Origin: a virus
Length of the DNA stretch: 64,000 nt
IMG/VR virus record: IMGVR_UViG_3300020438_004435
Strand: one strand, 5' to 3'
Part shown: piece after piece, positions 1 to 9,071 of the stretch
Layout: the number at the start of each line of letters is the position of its first letter
Numbering within the stretch: the first letter of the stretch is position 1
Program-made: the position numbers and the translations under genes
The notes under the pieces: generated by a model
Told to the model about the DNA's origin: nothing
Databases searched by the model: none
Seen by the model: the letters and a program-made list of their open reading frames with translations, nothing else

Positions 1-1546
1 CAGCTCTTGTATGAATACCATAATTATTAGGTCCTTGCCAATTTGTATCATTATCACTATCCACTCTAGCAGATACTTCCCAATGTTCTTCATTAGCTGA
101 ATAAATATATCCACTTGAACTTATATCACCCGAGGCTGTTACTGCAGAAGTCATTTCAATACCTACTGTACTTCTTAATTTTGTAAATTTAGCAGTGCTA
201 CCAAATAAGTGAGTATCTGATGCATAATCTATTGCGTTTACACCATCTATTGTATATAATGTAGAGTCAATAGAAGTAACACCTGTTATATTATTTACTG
301 TTAAATCTCCACTTGCACTTATATTACCTGATGCTGATATTGATGTTAGAACTACATCACCATAATTAGATGGTGCTGAACCGCTACCAATTGTTAAGGT
401 ATTAAATGATCCACTTGTCATTGATAAATAACTTCCACTTATATTTCCTGATGCTGTAACATGTCCTGTTTTAATAAGTCCGGTTGCTTCTATATTTCCT
501 GTAACATAAATCGCTTCACCTACATTACTCGCGTAGGATGATCCAAATCCAATATTTCTGTTGAAATAAGATGCTCCAAGTCCCATAAGACTAATTGCAG
601 TTGCTCCGTTAGACATAATTGTTAAATAACCAAATTGACTTCCACCACCCAATATAAATGATTTATTACTAACCGAATCAGTTTCGTATCCAGTAATTCC
701 ATAAGTAGGATCCATTGTGAAATGCCCAGATCCTGGTGTCCCAAATATAGCATAACTTGCAGATATATTTGTTGCATTAAGATTACTTGCGCTTACTATA
801 CTTGCTGAAAGATAATGACTCGTAGAACCGCTTAACCATAAATGACCATTCACTTCCAATCCTACAGTATCTCCTACACCCCTAATCTCTGGAGTTTGAA
901 TATGGTTACTTGCACTTATTCTTGGAGCCGTTAATAAAGATGCAGATACTGAACCTTCAGTGCTTATTGCAGATGCTGATAATTCTCCATCTACAGTAAG
1001 TATAGCTGCTGTTGTTGCATCGGTTCCTACTGCTACCTTTGAAGAAGCTATATATAATGTATTATCAGTATTTGTATTTACAACAAAGTTTTTAGATGAC
1101 CATCCATCTGGATTAAATGTAAATCCTGTATATAGTGATATTAAATTTACTCCATAACTATAGATATTAAGAGCAGAACCATTATTATATATCCCTCTAG
1201 ATCCGTTCCCAAATTTTATACTACTATTATTATTCGCTAGATGAATAAAACTGGATGTCATTCTAGAAGCACTAATGACTCCGGATGCTGTTATATTTCC
1301 TATAAATGTCTGTGTGTCTGAAGCTTCATCACCAAATATACTTGATCCACTTGTATAAACGACTGATGAGGTCACCCTTGAAGATGATATAGATAAAGCA
1401 TTCAAATTACCAGTTATGGTAACATCATTTCCTGAAATTGTTATTGGTAATGCACTTCCTGTTCCATCAGAAAGTATCCCGTCTTCATATTGGACTACCC
1501 TTTGATATGTATCCGATATATTTTGCCCTTCTAAATTATTTGGCAT
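1..1546 (-). CDS. Tail-fibre-like/virion structural protein, partial (runs off the left edge; absent from the ORF track)
   Basis: ATG at 1546 (MPNNLEGQNISDTYQRVVQYEDG...). Hand translation reads open to the edge (...SDNDTNWQGPNNYGIHTRA). Ser/Gly/Thr-rich with recurring (I/V)TASGxISxS segments. Product is inferred. Confidence 0.6.
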   Translation of the reverse strand, partial: MPNNLEGQNISDTYQRVVQYEDGILSDGTGSALPITISGNDVTITGNLNALSISSSRVTSSVVYTSGSSIFGDEASDTQTFIGNITASGVISASRMTSSFIHLANNNSSIKFGNGSRGIYNNGSALNIYSYGVNLISLYTGFTFNPDGWSSKNFVVNTNTDNTLYIASSKVAVGTDATTAAILTVDGELSASAISTEGSVSASLLTAPRISASNHIQTPEIRGVGDTVGLEVNGHLWLSGSTSHYLSASIVSASNLNATNISASYAIFGTPGSGHFTMDPTYGITGYETDSVSNKSFILGGGSQFGYLTIMSNGATAISLMGLGASYFNRNIGFGSSYASNVGEAIYVTGNIEATGLIKTGHVTASGNISGSYLSMTSGSFNTLTIGSGSAPSNYGDVVLTSISASGNISASGDLTVNNITGVTSIDSTLYTIDGVNAIDYASDTHLFGSTAKFTKLRSTVGIEMTSAVTASGDISSSGYIYSANEEHWEVSARVDSDNDTNWQGPNNYGIHTRA

Positions 1547-1558
1547 ATTTTATAACCT

Positions 1559-2134
1559 TTATTTACGTTTAGATAAAACCTTGATTATTCCATTAATAAT
1601 CTTTTTTTGTTTTGATTCCTTTATTGGATTTTTAGAAATGTAATTAGAAATAATTTTATTTACTAATGATTTCTTTTTAGGTAAATTTCTAACATTTATG
1701 TTTTCCTTTACCATTATTTTCATAATGTTTAGGATATGAACATTTTCCGAAATAGATTTCGCCGAACCTTTGATTCCTGATACTTTCATTATAGGTTTCC
1801 TAGATTCTACTATTTTATTTTTATTTTGTGATTTAACCTCTACTCTAACCTGTTTTGAAGCTTCTACAACAAATTCACTTTCCCAAGGAGTAAAATATGT
1901 ATCATCTGCAATTACTTCTAATTTAAGAGTTCCAGTTACATTTTCACCTAATAATCCACCTAATTTCTTTATAGGAACCTTGCAATCTCCTTGTGATCCA
2001 ATTGTTCCTTTATATAAAAGATTTACATTATCAGATTCGATTATCAATCTAACTATAGAAGAATCTAATGATGCGCCTGATATACCTATATTGCATTCAA
2101 ATATTTCGGTTTTGTCTGTATATAATTTATACAT
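1559..2134 (-). CDS. Hypothetical protein (beta-rich N-terminus, basic C-terminus), probably virion-associated
   Basis: 191-aa ORF coupled to its neighbours; no motif recognised. Confidence 0.6.
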   Translation of the reverse strand: MYKLYTDKTEIFECNIGISGASLDSSIVRLIIESDNVNLLYKGTIGSQGDCKVPIKKLGGLLGENVTGTLKLEVIADDTYFTPWESEFVVEASKQVRVEVKSQNKNKIVESRKPIMKVSGIKGSAKSISENVHILNIMKIMVKENINVRNLPKKKSLVNKIISNYISKNPIKESKQKKIINGIIKVLSKRK

Positions 2135-2486
2135 GATTCATCTCCATGGTTACCTTAACTTCCTTGACAATCAATTTAATATCATCAATCTTTGTTTGTA
2201 TTTCCTTTACCTCTTTAGATTCATCATACAACTTAATACCTCTGCGTCGCATAATCAATCTTATTAATCTTTTCTTCTTTTCAGAAGGTAATTCATCAAT
2301 GATTGCAGATATATCTGCTCCTGCTCCACTAATAAATTCTATTAAAACATAATCATCCCAAGATAATCCTAAATCAGCATTTGCTTCAGCTTCTTGTACT
2401 GCTGCTGTAAATGACCAAGGTCTTGTAGCGGTATCCCATTTTAATCTAGTCCGAGTAGCTGTTCCTTTCTCTGCTGGTGTTGGCAT
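2127..2486 (-). CDS. Hypothetical protein
   Basis: 119-aa ORF with a GGAG Shine-Dalgarno-like motif upstream. Confidence 0.6.
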   Translation of the reverse strand: MPTPAEKGTATRTRLKWDTATRPWSFTAAVQEAEANADLGLSWDDYVLIEFISGAGADISAIIDELPSEKKKRLIRLIMRRRGIKLYDESKEVKEIQTKIDDIKLIVKEVKVTMEMNHV

Positions 2487-2495
2487 ATAAATCTC

Positions 2496-2705
2496 CTAGA
2501 TAAATTCCTGAAGGATTTCTATAATTTCTTGTCGAACCTTTTTTGGTAAACCTTTATGTTTTGTACTAGCAAAATCATCTACATCTTTTTTATTCATACT
2601 ATTAGCAAGTTTTTTAACAGCGGGAGAAGCATTTTTCATCTTCCCCTGCTGATAATTTTTTACTATAGCAAAAAACTTTTGTTGTGCTTGACTTTTTGCT
2701 GGCAT
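2496..2705 (-). CDS. Small basic phage protein (MPAKSQAQQ...DFASTKHKGLP type)
   Basis: 69 aa, Lys-rich; resembles small proteins recurrent in large phages. Confidence 0.55.
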   Translation of the reverse strand: MPAKSQAQQKFFAIVKNYQQGKMKNASPAVKKLANSMNKKDVDDFASTKHKGLPKKVRQEIIEILQEFI

Positions 2706-2708
2706 ATA

Positions 2709-2891
2709 TTACTTTTTGCTTTCTTCAACAGAAGCTTTTCTATATTCAGTAACCAATTTCTTGATCTCACCTAAAGATTTTCTAGCTCTCTGTGCAGCTG
2801 CTTTATTACCTTTTTCATTAAATTTTCTATGGTTTTCTTGAAATACTTCCCAAAGATTATCTAAATTTGTGTATAAATCTACTGTACTCAT
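2709..2891 (-). CDS. Histone H1-like nucleoid protein, Hc1 family
   Basis: GNKAAAQRARKSLGEIKKLVTEYRKAS matches the Hc1-family core (GNKAAxxRARK...EFRKAS); AGGAG upstream. Confidence 0.7.
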   Translation of the reverse strand: MSTVDLYTNLDNLWEVFQENHRKFNEKGNKAAAQRARKSLGEIKKLVTEYRKASVEESKK

Positions 2892-2937
2892 TTTATTTCT
2901 CCTTTATTTAATTAATACTATAACCGATTTTCGGTCC

Positions 2938-3621
2938 TTATTTTTCCATCTGTTTATAATCGCGCAGATAATGTTTTACCATTCCTATATAATCTGCTGC
3001 TTTAGTTAATTTTGATTGAACCCATGCTTCTAATTGTGCTTCATCCTCAACCATATTATAGATATCCTTAGAATATCTATTAATTTTTCTCATCTGAGCT
3101 CTTACCATTCTTCCTTCATAATCCATTTCAGAATCCTTCATCATTGATCCATCTGGCATTTTATGATATCCATCTGTTGGGTCTTCATCCTGTGCTTTAA
3201 TAACTCCAACCTCTGGACCTTTTTGAAATTTATTCATATATTTCATACCAGTTGATATCGCTCCGGATTCCTTTATATATTTTCCTGATGCACCTTTTTT
3301 CTTTACCTGACCACCTCTTCTCATTGCATCCCTATAATTATTCTTTAACTTTTCAGAAAAATTACTAGCTGCTAATTTAGATAATTTAGTAGATGTAGAC
3401 AATCCTTTTAATGAATTTCTAAATATTTGCCATGTTTTACCACCATAATTTTGGTTTTTTGCCTTATGTTTTGGTATCCCTTCATATTCCTTGAGTTCAT
3501 CCTCACTAGTGCCGCCAGGTGATTTTAATTTTTTACCTTTAGTAGTATGAGTATAGCCACAACTTTCTAAAAATTGTATTAATTCCTCATTAACGATTCT
3601 ATGTATGTCTTTCTTTTTCAT
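2938..3621 (-). CDS. Putative head-associated protein
   Basis: N-terminal RIVNEE..FLE leader; C-terminal EGRMVRAQ...LEAWVQSKLTKAADYI motif seen in large-phage hypotheticals. Confidence 0.5.
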   Translation of the reverse strand: MKKKDIHRIVNEELIQFLESCGYTHTTKGKKLKSPGGTSEDELKEYEGIPKHKAKNQNYGGKTWQIFRNSLKGLSTSTKLSKLAASNFSEKLKNNYRDAMRRGGQVKKKGASGKYIKESGAISTGMKYMNKFQKGPEVGVIKAQDEDPTDGYHKMPDGSMMKDSEMDYEGRMVRAQMRKINRYSKDIYNMVEDEAQLEAWVQSKLTKAADYIGMVKHYLRDYKQMEK

Positions 3622-3625
3622 TTAA

Positions 3626-3633
3626 TATAAATA
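3626..3633 (-). promoter_or_regulatory. TATTTATA candidate late-promoter motif
   Basis: Lies in the short gap just upstream of the ATG at 3621; same 8-mer at 21956-21963, 24185-24192, 47189-47196 and 54437-54444. An all-AT motif is weak evidence in this genome. Confidence 0.3.
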
Positions 3634-3647
3634 GTAGTAATCACCTT

Positions 3648-4940
3648 TTAACGCTCATTATTATCGATTTTTGTGTTTTTAACATGTTCAACCCTTATTT
3701 TAATCTGTGGCTTGTAATGATCCGGTGTTCTATCATCAATACCAAAGAATTCAGATTTATCCTGATCCATTCTTATAATAAATTCTAAATCATTAAGGTT
3801 CATCATAATTTGGCCTGTAGTAGATAATATATCCGTTTTATTAGGATTCTTTACCATATCTGCATTTCTAAATGGATTGTTTCTCATATTATCAACTGGC
3901 CAGTAACCACTAAGACCATCTAGTATATCATTAGGTTTCTTTGCCTTATTTAATACCTTTTGAGCTATTGCCCACCTTATTTCAGATGATGATTTACTAG
4001 GTCCAGATGTATATCCAGAATCTTTATATGCATATCCATGATTAGTTCTAGCATGATTAAATTTTCTATTTAATTTTTTTAGGATTGGTTGATGTTCTGA
4101 TGTCAATTCTATAGCAAATGAAGCTTTTGGTGTAGCTATAAATGTATGACCTTTTACTCCTACATCTATTTTATCTTCTCCTGTATAATTAACTATTGAT
4201 TCCATTGCAGCAGCAGGACTCTTATAACTTAAAGCCTTACGTATTTTTAATCCATCCTCAGATGGTTTACCTTTTTTCTTTGCAATCTTCTTTTCTTTTT
4301 CATCTGCGTTTACCATAAGAGCTGAATTAACTATTCCTATACCAAAATTATTCATTCCTTCAGACCAATCAGTATCTTTATCTAGAATATAAACTAATTC
4401 CACATCTCCTAGAAGCTCTCTGACTATAGATACTTTAGCCGTATAAGCTCTATCTCTATTTTTAGCTAGTAATACCTTACCATCTAATACGCTATGTGTT
4501 ATAATGCATTCATTTAAGTCTTTTGATTCATTAGTCTTTATATATTTTGTATACCTTTTCCAATTCCTTTCCGCTCTATGTGCAGCTTTTTCATATGGAT
4601 TATTTGCATATCCTTTTTCTCTATATAATTCAAACTTTTTTCGGTCTTGTGTAGCATGAGTATATTCATGAAGTAAGGCTTTAATTATTTCCTCTACATT
4701 AGTCATCCTAGGTGTATACAAATATATTTTATTTTTATCCCAATCATATTCAGCATGTGGATTTGCTTCTCCAGTAGCCTGTTGATCTCCACTAAGTCTA
4801 GCATAGATATTCGTATGAAATTCTACCTTTGGTATGCCTCTTTTGGCACTACCTAAATTTCTTACAATAAAAGGATACACCTTATCTACTGTATCCTGTT
4901 TATTAAATCCTTCATTTAATATGTCTTTTAGTTTTATCAT
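3648..4940 (-). CDS. Two-domain protein: zincin-like (HExxH) metallopeptidase domain plus Ntn-hydrolase-like domain, with MIKLKDILNE leader
   Basis: LLHEYTH at 4656-4670; CIITHSVLDGKVLLAKNRDR...SEGMNNFGIGIVNSAL resembles Cys-nucleophile Ntn hydrolases. Start set at 4940 (ATGA overlap) rather than 4949. Confidence 0.6.
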   Translation of the reverse strand: MIKLKDILNEGFNKQDTVDKVYPFIVRNLGSAKRGIPKVEFHTNIYARLSGDQQATGEANPHAEYDWDKNKIYLYTPRMTNVEEIIKALLHEYTHATQDRKKFELYREKGYANNPYEKAAHRAERNWKRYTKYIKTNESKDLNECIITHSVLDGKVLLAKNRDRAYTAKVSIVRELLGDVELVYILDKDTDWSEGMNNFGIGIVNSALMVNADEKEKKIAKKKGKPSEDGLKIRKALSYKSPAAAMESIVNYTGEDKIDVGVKGHTFIATPKASFAIELTSEHQPILKKLNRKFNHARTNHGYAYKDSGYTSGPSKSSSEIRWAIAQKVLNKAKKPNDILDGLSGYWPVDNMRNNPFRNADMVKNPNKTDILSTTGQIMMNLNDLEFIIRMDQDKSEFFGIDDRTPDHYKPQIKIRVEHVKNTKIDNNER

Positions 4941-5293
4941 TTTTTCCATCTGGTTGTGCTAAACCAATAAGCTAATATAATTCTATTTAGTTTCTTACCA
5001 TTAGCTCCAAACTGGTGTTTATCTAAATAATTGTCTTTGTGCGCAGGCCAGATATCATCCTCTGTTTTAATAAAGTTATTAAGTAATTTCATCTCTCTCC
5101 TCCAATAACTAGTTGATGGATCCTTGATGTCTGCATTATCTTTATGGATATAAGGATTATGGGGAGGATGGGTTGCTGCCCACTTCAAAATCTTTTTACC
5201 TGTCGCAGGATCATATTTAGCTGTTTTGATTATCTTATCTAAGGTACCCCACTTTATATCGCTTTCATTTAATATGTCTATTAGTTTTATCAT
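4937..5293 (-). CDS. Hypothetical protein with MIKLIDILNE leader (putative internal head protein)
   Basis: Leader motif shared with neighbouring genes. Confidence 0.55.
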   Translation of the reverse strand: MIKLIDILNESDIKWGTLDKIIKTAKYDPATGKKILKWAATHPPHNPYIHKDNADIKDPSTSYWRREMKLLNNFIKTEDDIWPAHKDNYLDKHQFGANGKKLNRIILAYWFSTTRWKK

Positions 5294-5814
5294 TATTTTA
5301 CCAAGCTAGTTACAATTTTTACTTTTGGATATTTTTTCTTTAATTTATCTACTGCTTTTATATTTTTAGGACTATCATCCATAAAGTATATCGGATCATA
5401 CCCTTTTAATATTTCAGCTTCAATATAATCTGCTTTGTCTTGAGGATTTGCACTTCCTAATGGTACTACATAAGGATTGATGCCTATTGTTCTAAAAAAA
5501 TGATTGATAGGTGCACCTAATCGTCTAGCTGTAAGTATCGTTACTTTCCTACCACCTTTCTTTAATTGTTTACGTAATAAGTCTACATTCTTTTTAATTA
5601 GTCTAGGATTACGTAATTTTCTATCGAAATCTCTGAAATCATATTCTTCACCATCTTTTAATGTATGGACGGCAAATTCTGCAGGATCTAATTTATCTAC
5701 TTCCTTTCCATTGAGTGTTACATATACCCATGAATCTGATTTAGCTAATGTATCATCAAAATCAAAGATACTTAACATTCGTGCTTCGAATAATATATCT
5801 TTTAACTTAATCAT
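5293..5814 (-). CDS. HAD-superfamily phosphatase with MIKLKDILFE leader
   Basis: Motif I FDFDDTL, motif II ILTAR, motif IV FMDDS. Confidence 0.75.
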   Translation of the reverse strand: MIKLKDILFEARMLSIFDFDDTLAKSDSWVYVTLNGKEVDKLDPAEFAVHTLKDGEEYDFRDFDRKLRNPRLIKKNVDLLRKQLKKGGRKVTILTARRLGAPINHFFRTIGINPYVVPLGSANPQDKADYIEAEILKGYDPIYFMDDSPKNIKAVDKLKKKYPKVKIVTSLVK

Positions 5815-6293
5815 TACTTACCTTTTCTCCACGTTCCACCATTTTTCTTATATATTTTTGCTGCGAATGCATTTGCATAAGCTGATGGATAAACCTTATA
5901 TTTTTTCTTAGCTTGGGATTTTGCATACGACCATTTGGCCGCATCAGATGGTATATTCTTTTCTATTAATCTATTGATTTCTTTAAGAAATGTTTCGTTT
6001 TTAGGATCCGTGTTAATCATTTTAGGACTTTTAGAAGGTTTACCTTTACCAGAATAGGCTTTTCTTTTTCTTCTTGTAGCAGATTCCTTATCCTTTTTAC
6101 TCATTGAAGCTGCCTTAGATTTTTTAACACATTTAGGATAAGCTCTTTTACCACCAGATCTTGACTTCTTACCTGCCGATGCTCCACATTCAGGATGCTT
6201 ACCACTTTTAGTTTTTCTAGATACATCAACCCATTTTTCCTTAAACCATTTACCTAATCCACCCTGAACCTCTATTAAATCCATAAGTTTCAT
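5814..6293 (-). CDS. Basic protein (GLGKWFKEKWVD...RAYPKC; YPSAYANA), putative DNA-binding head protein
   Basis: Very Lys-rich; MKLMDLIE leader. Confidence 0.5.
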   Translation of the reverse strand: MKLMDLIEVQGGLGKWFKEKWVDVSRKTKSGKHPECGASAGKKSRSGGKRAYPKCVKKSKAASMSKKDKESATRRKRKAYSGKGKPSKSPKMINTDPKNETFLKEINRLIEKNIPSDAAKWSYAKSQAKKKYKVYPSAYANAFAAKIYKKNGGTWRKGK

Positions 6294-6295
6294 AA

Positions 6296-6697
6296 TTAGC
6301 TCACATCCATTGATTCATCATAGGTTAATTTAATACCTTGTTTTTTTAGGTCTTTAGCAGCCTTATCTAATTTATCGTGGTCTATATTTCTTAAATATAT
6401 CTTCCAACCTAATAATTTTGATAATGACTCTTCAGCATCTCTCCAACTATCCCAGCCTCTAACCCTTTTCTTTCCATCAATAACAGTTCTATAGAATCTA
6501 CCTCTATCTGTAAACCATATATCTATTGTCTTTATATTAGCTTCATTAACGGGTTTAGCATCTAAAAAAGCTTGATCTACTAAATCTTCATTTTTTACAC
6601 AATTAGGCACTCTTTTACCAAACATTGTTTTTGTGCCCTTTTTGGTATAGCCCTTCCAGCATCTAGTACCTTCTAATATGTCTTTTAATTTAATCAT
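6296..6697 (-). CDS. Hypothetical protein with MIKLKDILE leader and CWKGY...VPNCVK module
   Basis: Leader motif; small Cys module recurrent in large phages. Confidence 0.5.
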   Translation of the reverse strand: MIKLKDILEGTRCWKGYTKKGTKTMFGKRVPNCVKNEDLVDQAFLDAKPVNEANIKTIDIWFTDRGRFYRTVIDGKKRVRGWDSWRDAEESLSKLLGWKIYLRNIDHDKLDKAAKDLKKQGIKLTYDESMDVS

Positions 6698-7185
6698 TAT
6701 TTTCCAAATTTTACGTAAGCATTTACCATGTCAGCACCAGCTGCACCTCTATGAGTTTTTATATATGGTCTTGCTGGACCTTTTTGGATTGCTTGTACTA
6801 CCTCTTCCAAACCAAATACTTTACCAGTTTTCGTAATTTGAAAATTTCCATCAACCATCTTTGAAAAGATCATTTTTCCAATTCCTACTGTTTCATTTTT
6901 TTTCATAGCTTTAAGTCTTGTTCTGAGATTGACTCTAAAATTTCTTGCTCTTTGTGAATAGTCTTCATTTAATTTACCTTCAATAACAAAATCACTAAAT
7001 TCACCTATTCTATCATATAAGCCTGCATTATGAGCTAGCCTACCTGTTTTTTTATTCTTCCATGAATTATTACCAATTTTAGTCCAAGGCGAATAACCTC
7101 CACCAGAAGCCTTAGCTCCTTTTTTAGCATTGATAATAGCTTTCATTGCTGATTCTTCATTTAACAATTCCTTTAATTTTATCAT
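6697..7185 (-). CDS. Hypothetical protein with MIKLKELLNEE leader
   Basis: Leader motif plus an internal KLNE. Confidence 0.55.
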   Translation of the reverse strand: MIKLKELLNEESAMKAIINAKKGAKASGGGYSPWTKIGNNSWKNKKTGRLAHNAGLYDRIGEFSDFVIEGKLNEDYSQRARNFRVNLRTRLKAMKKNETVGIGKMIFSKMVDGNFQITKTGKVFGLEEVVQAIQKGPARPYIKTHRGAAGADMVNAYVKFGK

Positions 7186-9071
7186 TAGTATTGCTCCATT
7201 CTATCTAATTTAGCCATAAGTTTTTTGAATTCAGCTTTTTTCTTTTTATATTCTTTTTCTTTCTTTTCGATCTCTCTACCATATCTAGTAGCTTTAGGAC
7301 CACCTTCTGGTTCAGCTTCCTGTTCCATATCTTTATGAAGTTGACTTAAGTCTTTTGTAATCATCTTCATATCATATTCTAAATCCATAACAGTATCTTG
7401 CAATTTCCATTTTGCATCTAAATGTTTCCAAACAGATGTAGCTTCGGTCTTTGGTGCTCCACCAGCTCCTGTATAATCCATAATTTCTGAATATAAATCT
7501 TTACCTTTATGTTTACCTTTGTATGTAATTCTATCAGCTTCAATTGGATGAAAACTTCCAGGCATTGATGGTAATTTTATATAAGCTACCTTACCTTTAA
7601 CCTTGTTAACTACACCATATTCTCCGTCATCCATTTTGATAGCATCACCTTTCCGTATCTTAGCTTCTTTTAATTTACCACCTTTAACAATTTTATAGAA
7701 TTGGATAATATCTTTCTTTTCATCTCCAGAGGTTGTAAAATCTTCAACCGATTTTCCTTTTTTAGATATTATTAGTCTAGAGGAATTAGATTTTTTAACT
7801 AATTGATATCCATCCTGATTCGCTATAACACTAAATCTTAATCTTTCTGTTAAATTATTTTCCTTAGCCATTTGAATTTTAGCTGTAGGTATTGAATCAA
7901 TAATCTTTTTAGCCTTTTCAAAATCTTTCTTATCCAATTTCAATGCAGTCATTGTCACAGATAGTCTATTCATCTGAAAACCTTTGATTCCAGCTCTTTC
8001 TAATTCACCTTTCAATTGATTAGGTTTGAAATTTGCTTTGGTTTGTATACCAATCATACTTTCGGTTAATTTGCCTTCTTCTAATTTAGTTATATTTCTA
8101 GCATCTACACCTAACATTTCACCTTTATCCATATTGAGATAGATACCTCCACCTGCTCTCTTCTTCTTTAGAGCATAATCACCAGGACTATATATTGTTC
8201 CATCGATGGTTTGTTTAGTCTTTACTGTAAATCGTTTAGGTAATTTAGCTTCATTAACACCTTCGAAAACTGATTTAATTGATTTACCTCTTAATACATC
8301 TTTACATGCTTTATTAAATGCTTTAAGTGCTTTTGTAGCCAGGCCTTGTTTTCCATCTTGTTTATTTTCAATAGCTATATTTAAGTAACTAGCTACATCT
8401 TCAGCTACTTCATCATCTATTCTATCAAACCTATCTGATAAATCTAGTAATGCGTCTTCAGACATAGTCTTCCAACTAACCTTTGAACCTAGCGTTAATA
8501 ATGGTTTTAGACCTCTTGCCAATTTTTCATTTAATTTGTATATTCTTTCATTTAATTTGTATATTGATAATAAATGTTTGTTTTCTAAGGTAGTAAGTTT
8601 ATTACCTGAACGTTTAATGATTAAATTATCTTTCTTCATCATTACAGCTAATGCTCTACCAAAATCTTTTCCTTGAGGTCCTTTATTAGGAATACTACTC
8701 CATTGTTTTGCTTTTTTATTTGCCCATGCTAACCATACCTGTCTTAATGCGAGAAATAAATATGTGCCATCTCCACGATTATCTTTTAGAGCTTTTAATA
8801 AGATATTCTTTACTGCTGATCTATTTTTATATGCCCATTTCTTAAAGTCTAAATATGCAAACTCGTTAGGAGTATCTTGAAACATTGGTCTTTGTTCATT
8901 TAATTCAGTAATTGATCCATCTGTTGATAATATATCAGATGCTTTAGTCCTACCTGTACCTTTGTTATATGATACACTGTAGTATGTTTTACCATTATAA
9001 TCCTTAACATTTGTTATAACGCCTGGACTACCTAGATATTTTACCTTATCACCTTTCTTAAATTGTTTCAT
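7185..9071 (-). CDS. 628-aa modular protein with many internal (L/V)-x-E sites; putative processed head polyprotein
   Basis: ELNE, KLNE (x2), GVNE, KLTE, NLTE, KLKE separate compositionally distinct segments. Confidence 0.5.
   Translation of the reverse strand: MKQFKKGDKVKYLGSPGVITNVKDYNGKTYYSVSYNKGTGRTKASDILSTDGSITELNEQRPMFQDTPNEFAYLDFKKWAYKNRSAVKNILLKALKDNRGDGTYLFLALRQVWLAWANKKAKQWSSIPNKGPQGKDFGRALAVMMKKDNLIIKRSGNKLTTLENKHLLSIYKLNERIYKLNEKLARGLKPLLTLGSKVSWKTMSEDALLDLSDRFDRIDDEVAEDVASYLNIAIENKQDGKQGLATKALKAFNKACKDVLRGKSIKSVFEGVNEAKLPKRFTVKTKQTIDGTIYSPGDYALKKKRAGGGIYLNMDKGEMLGVDARNITKLEEGKLTESMIGIQTKANFKPNQLKGELERAGIKGFQMNRLSVTMTALKLDKKDFEKAKKIIDSIPTAKIQMAKENNLTERLRFSVIANQDGYQLVKKSNSSRLIISKKGKSVEDFTTSGDEKKDIIQFYKIVKGGKLKEAKIRKGDAIKMDDGEYGVVNKVKGKVAYIKLPSMPGSFHPIEADRITYKGKHKGKDLYSEIMDYTGAGGAPKTEATSVWKHLDAKWKLQDTVMDLEYDMKMITKDLSQLHKDMEQEAEPEGGPKATRYGREIEKKEKEYKKKKAEFKKLMAKLDRMEQY
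8526..8565. repeat. 21-bp-period tandem duplication encoding IYKLNE twice
   Basis: ttcatttaatttgtatatt at 8526 and 8547. Confidence 0.85.
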
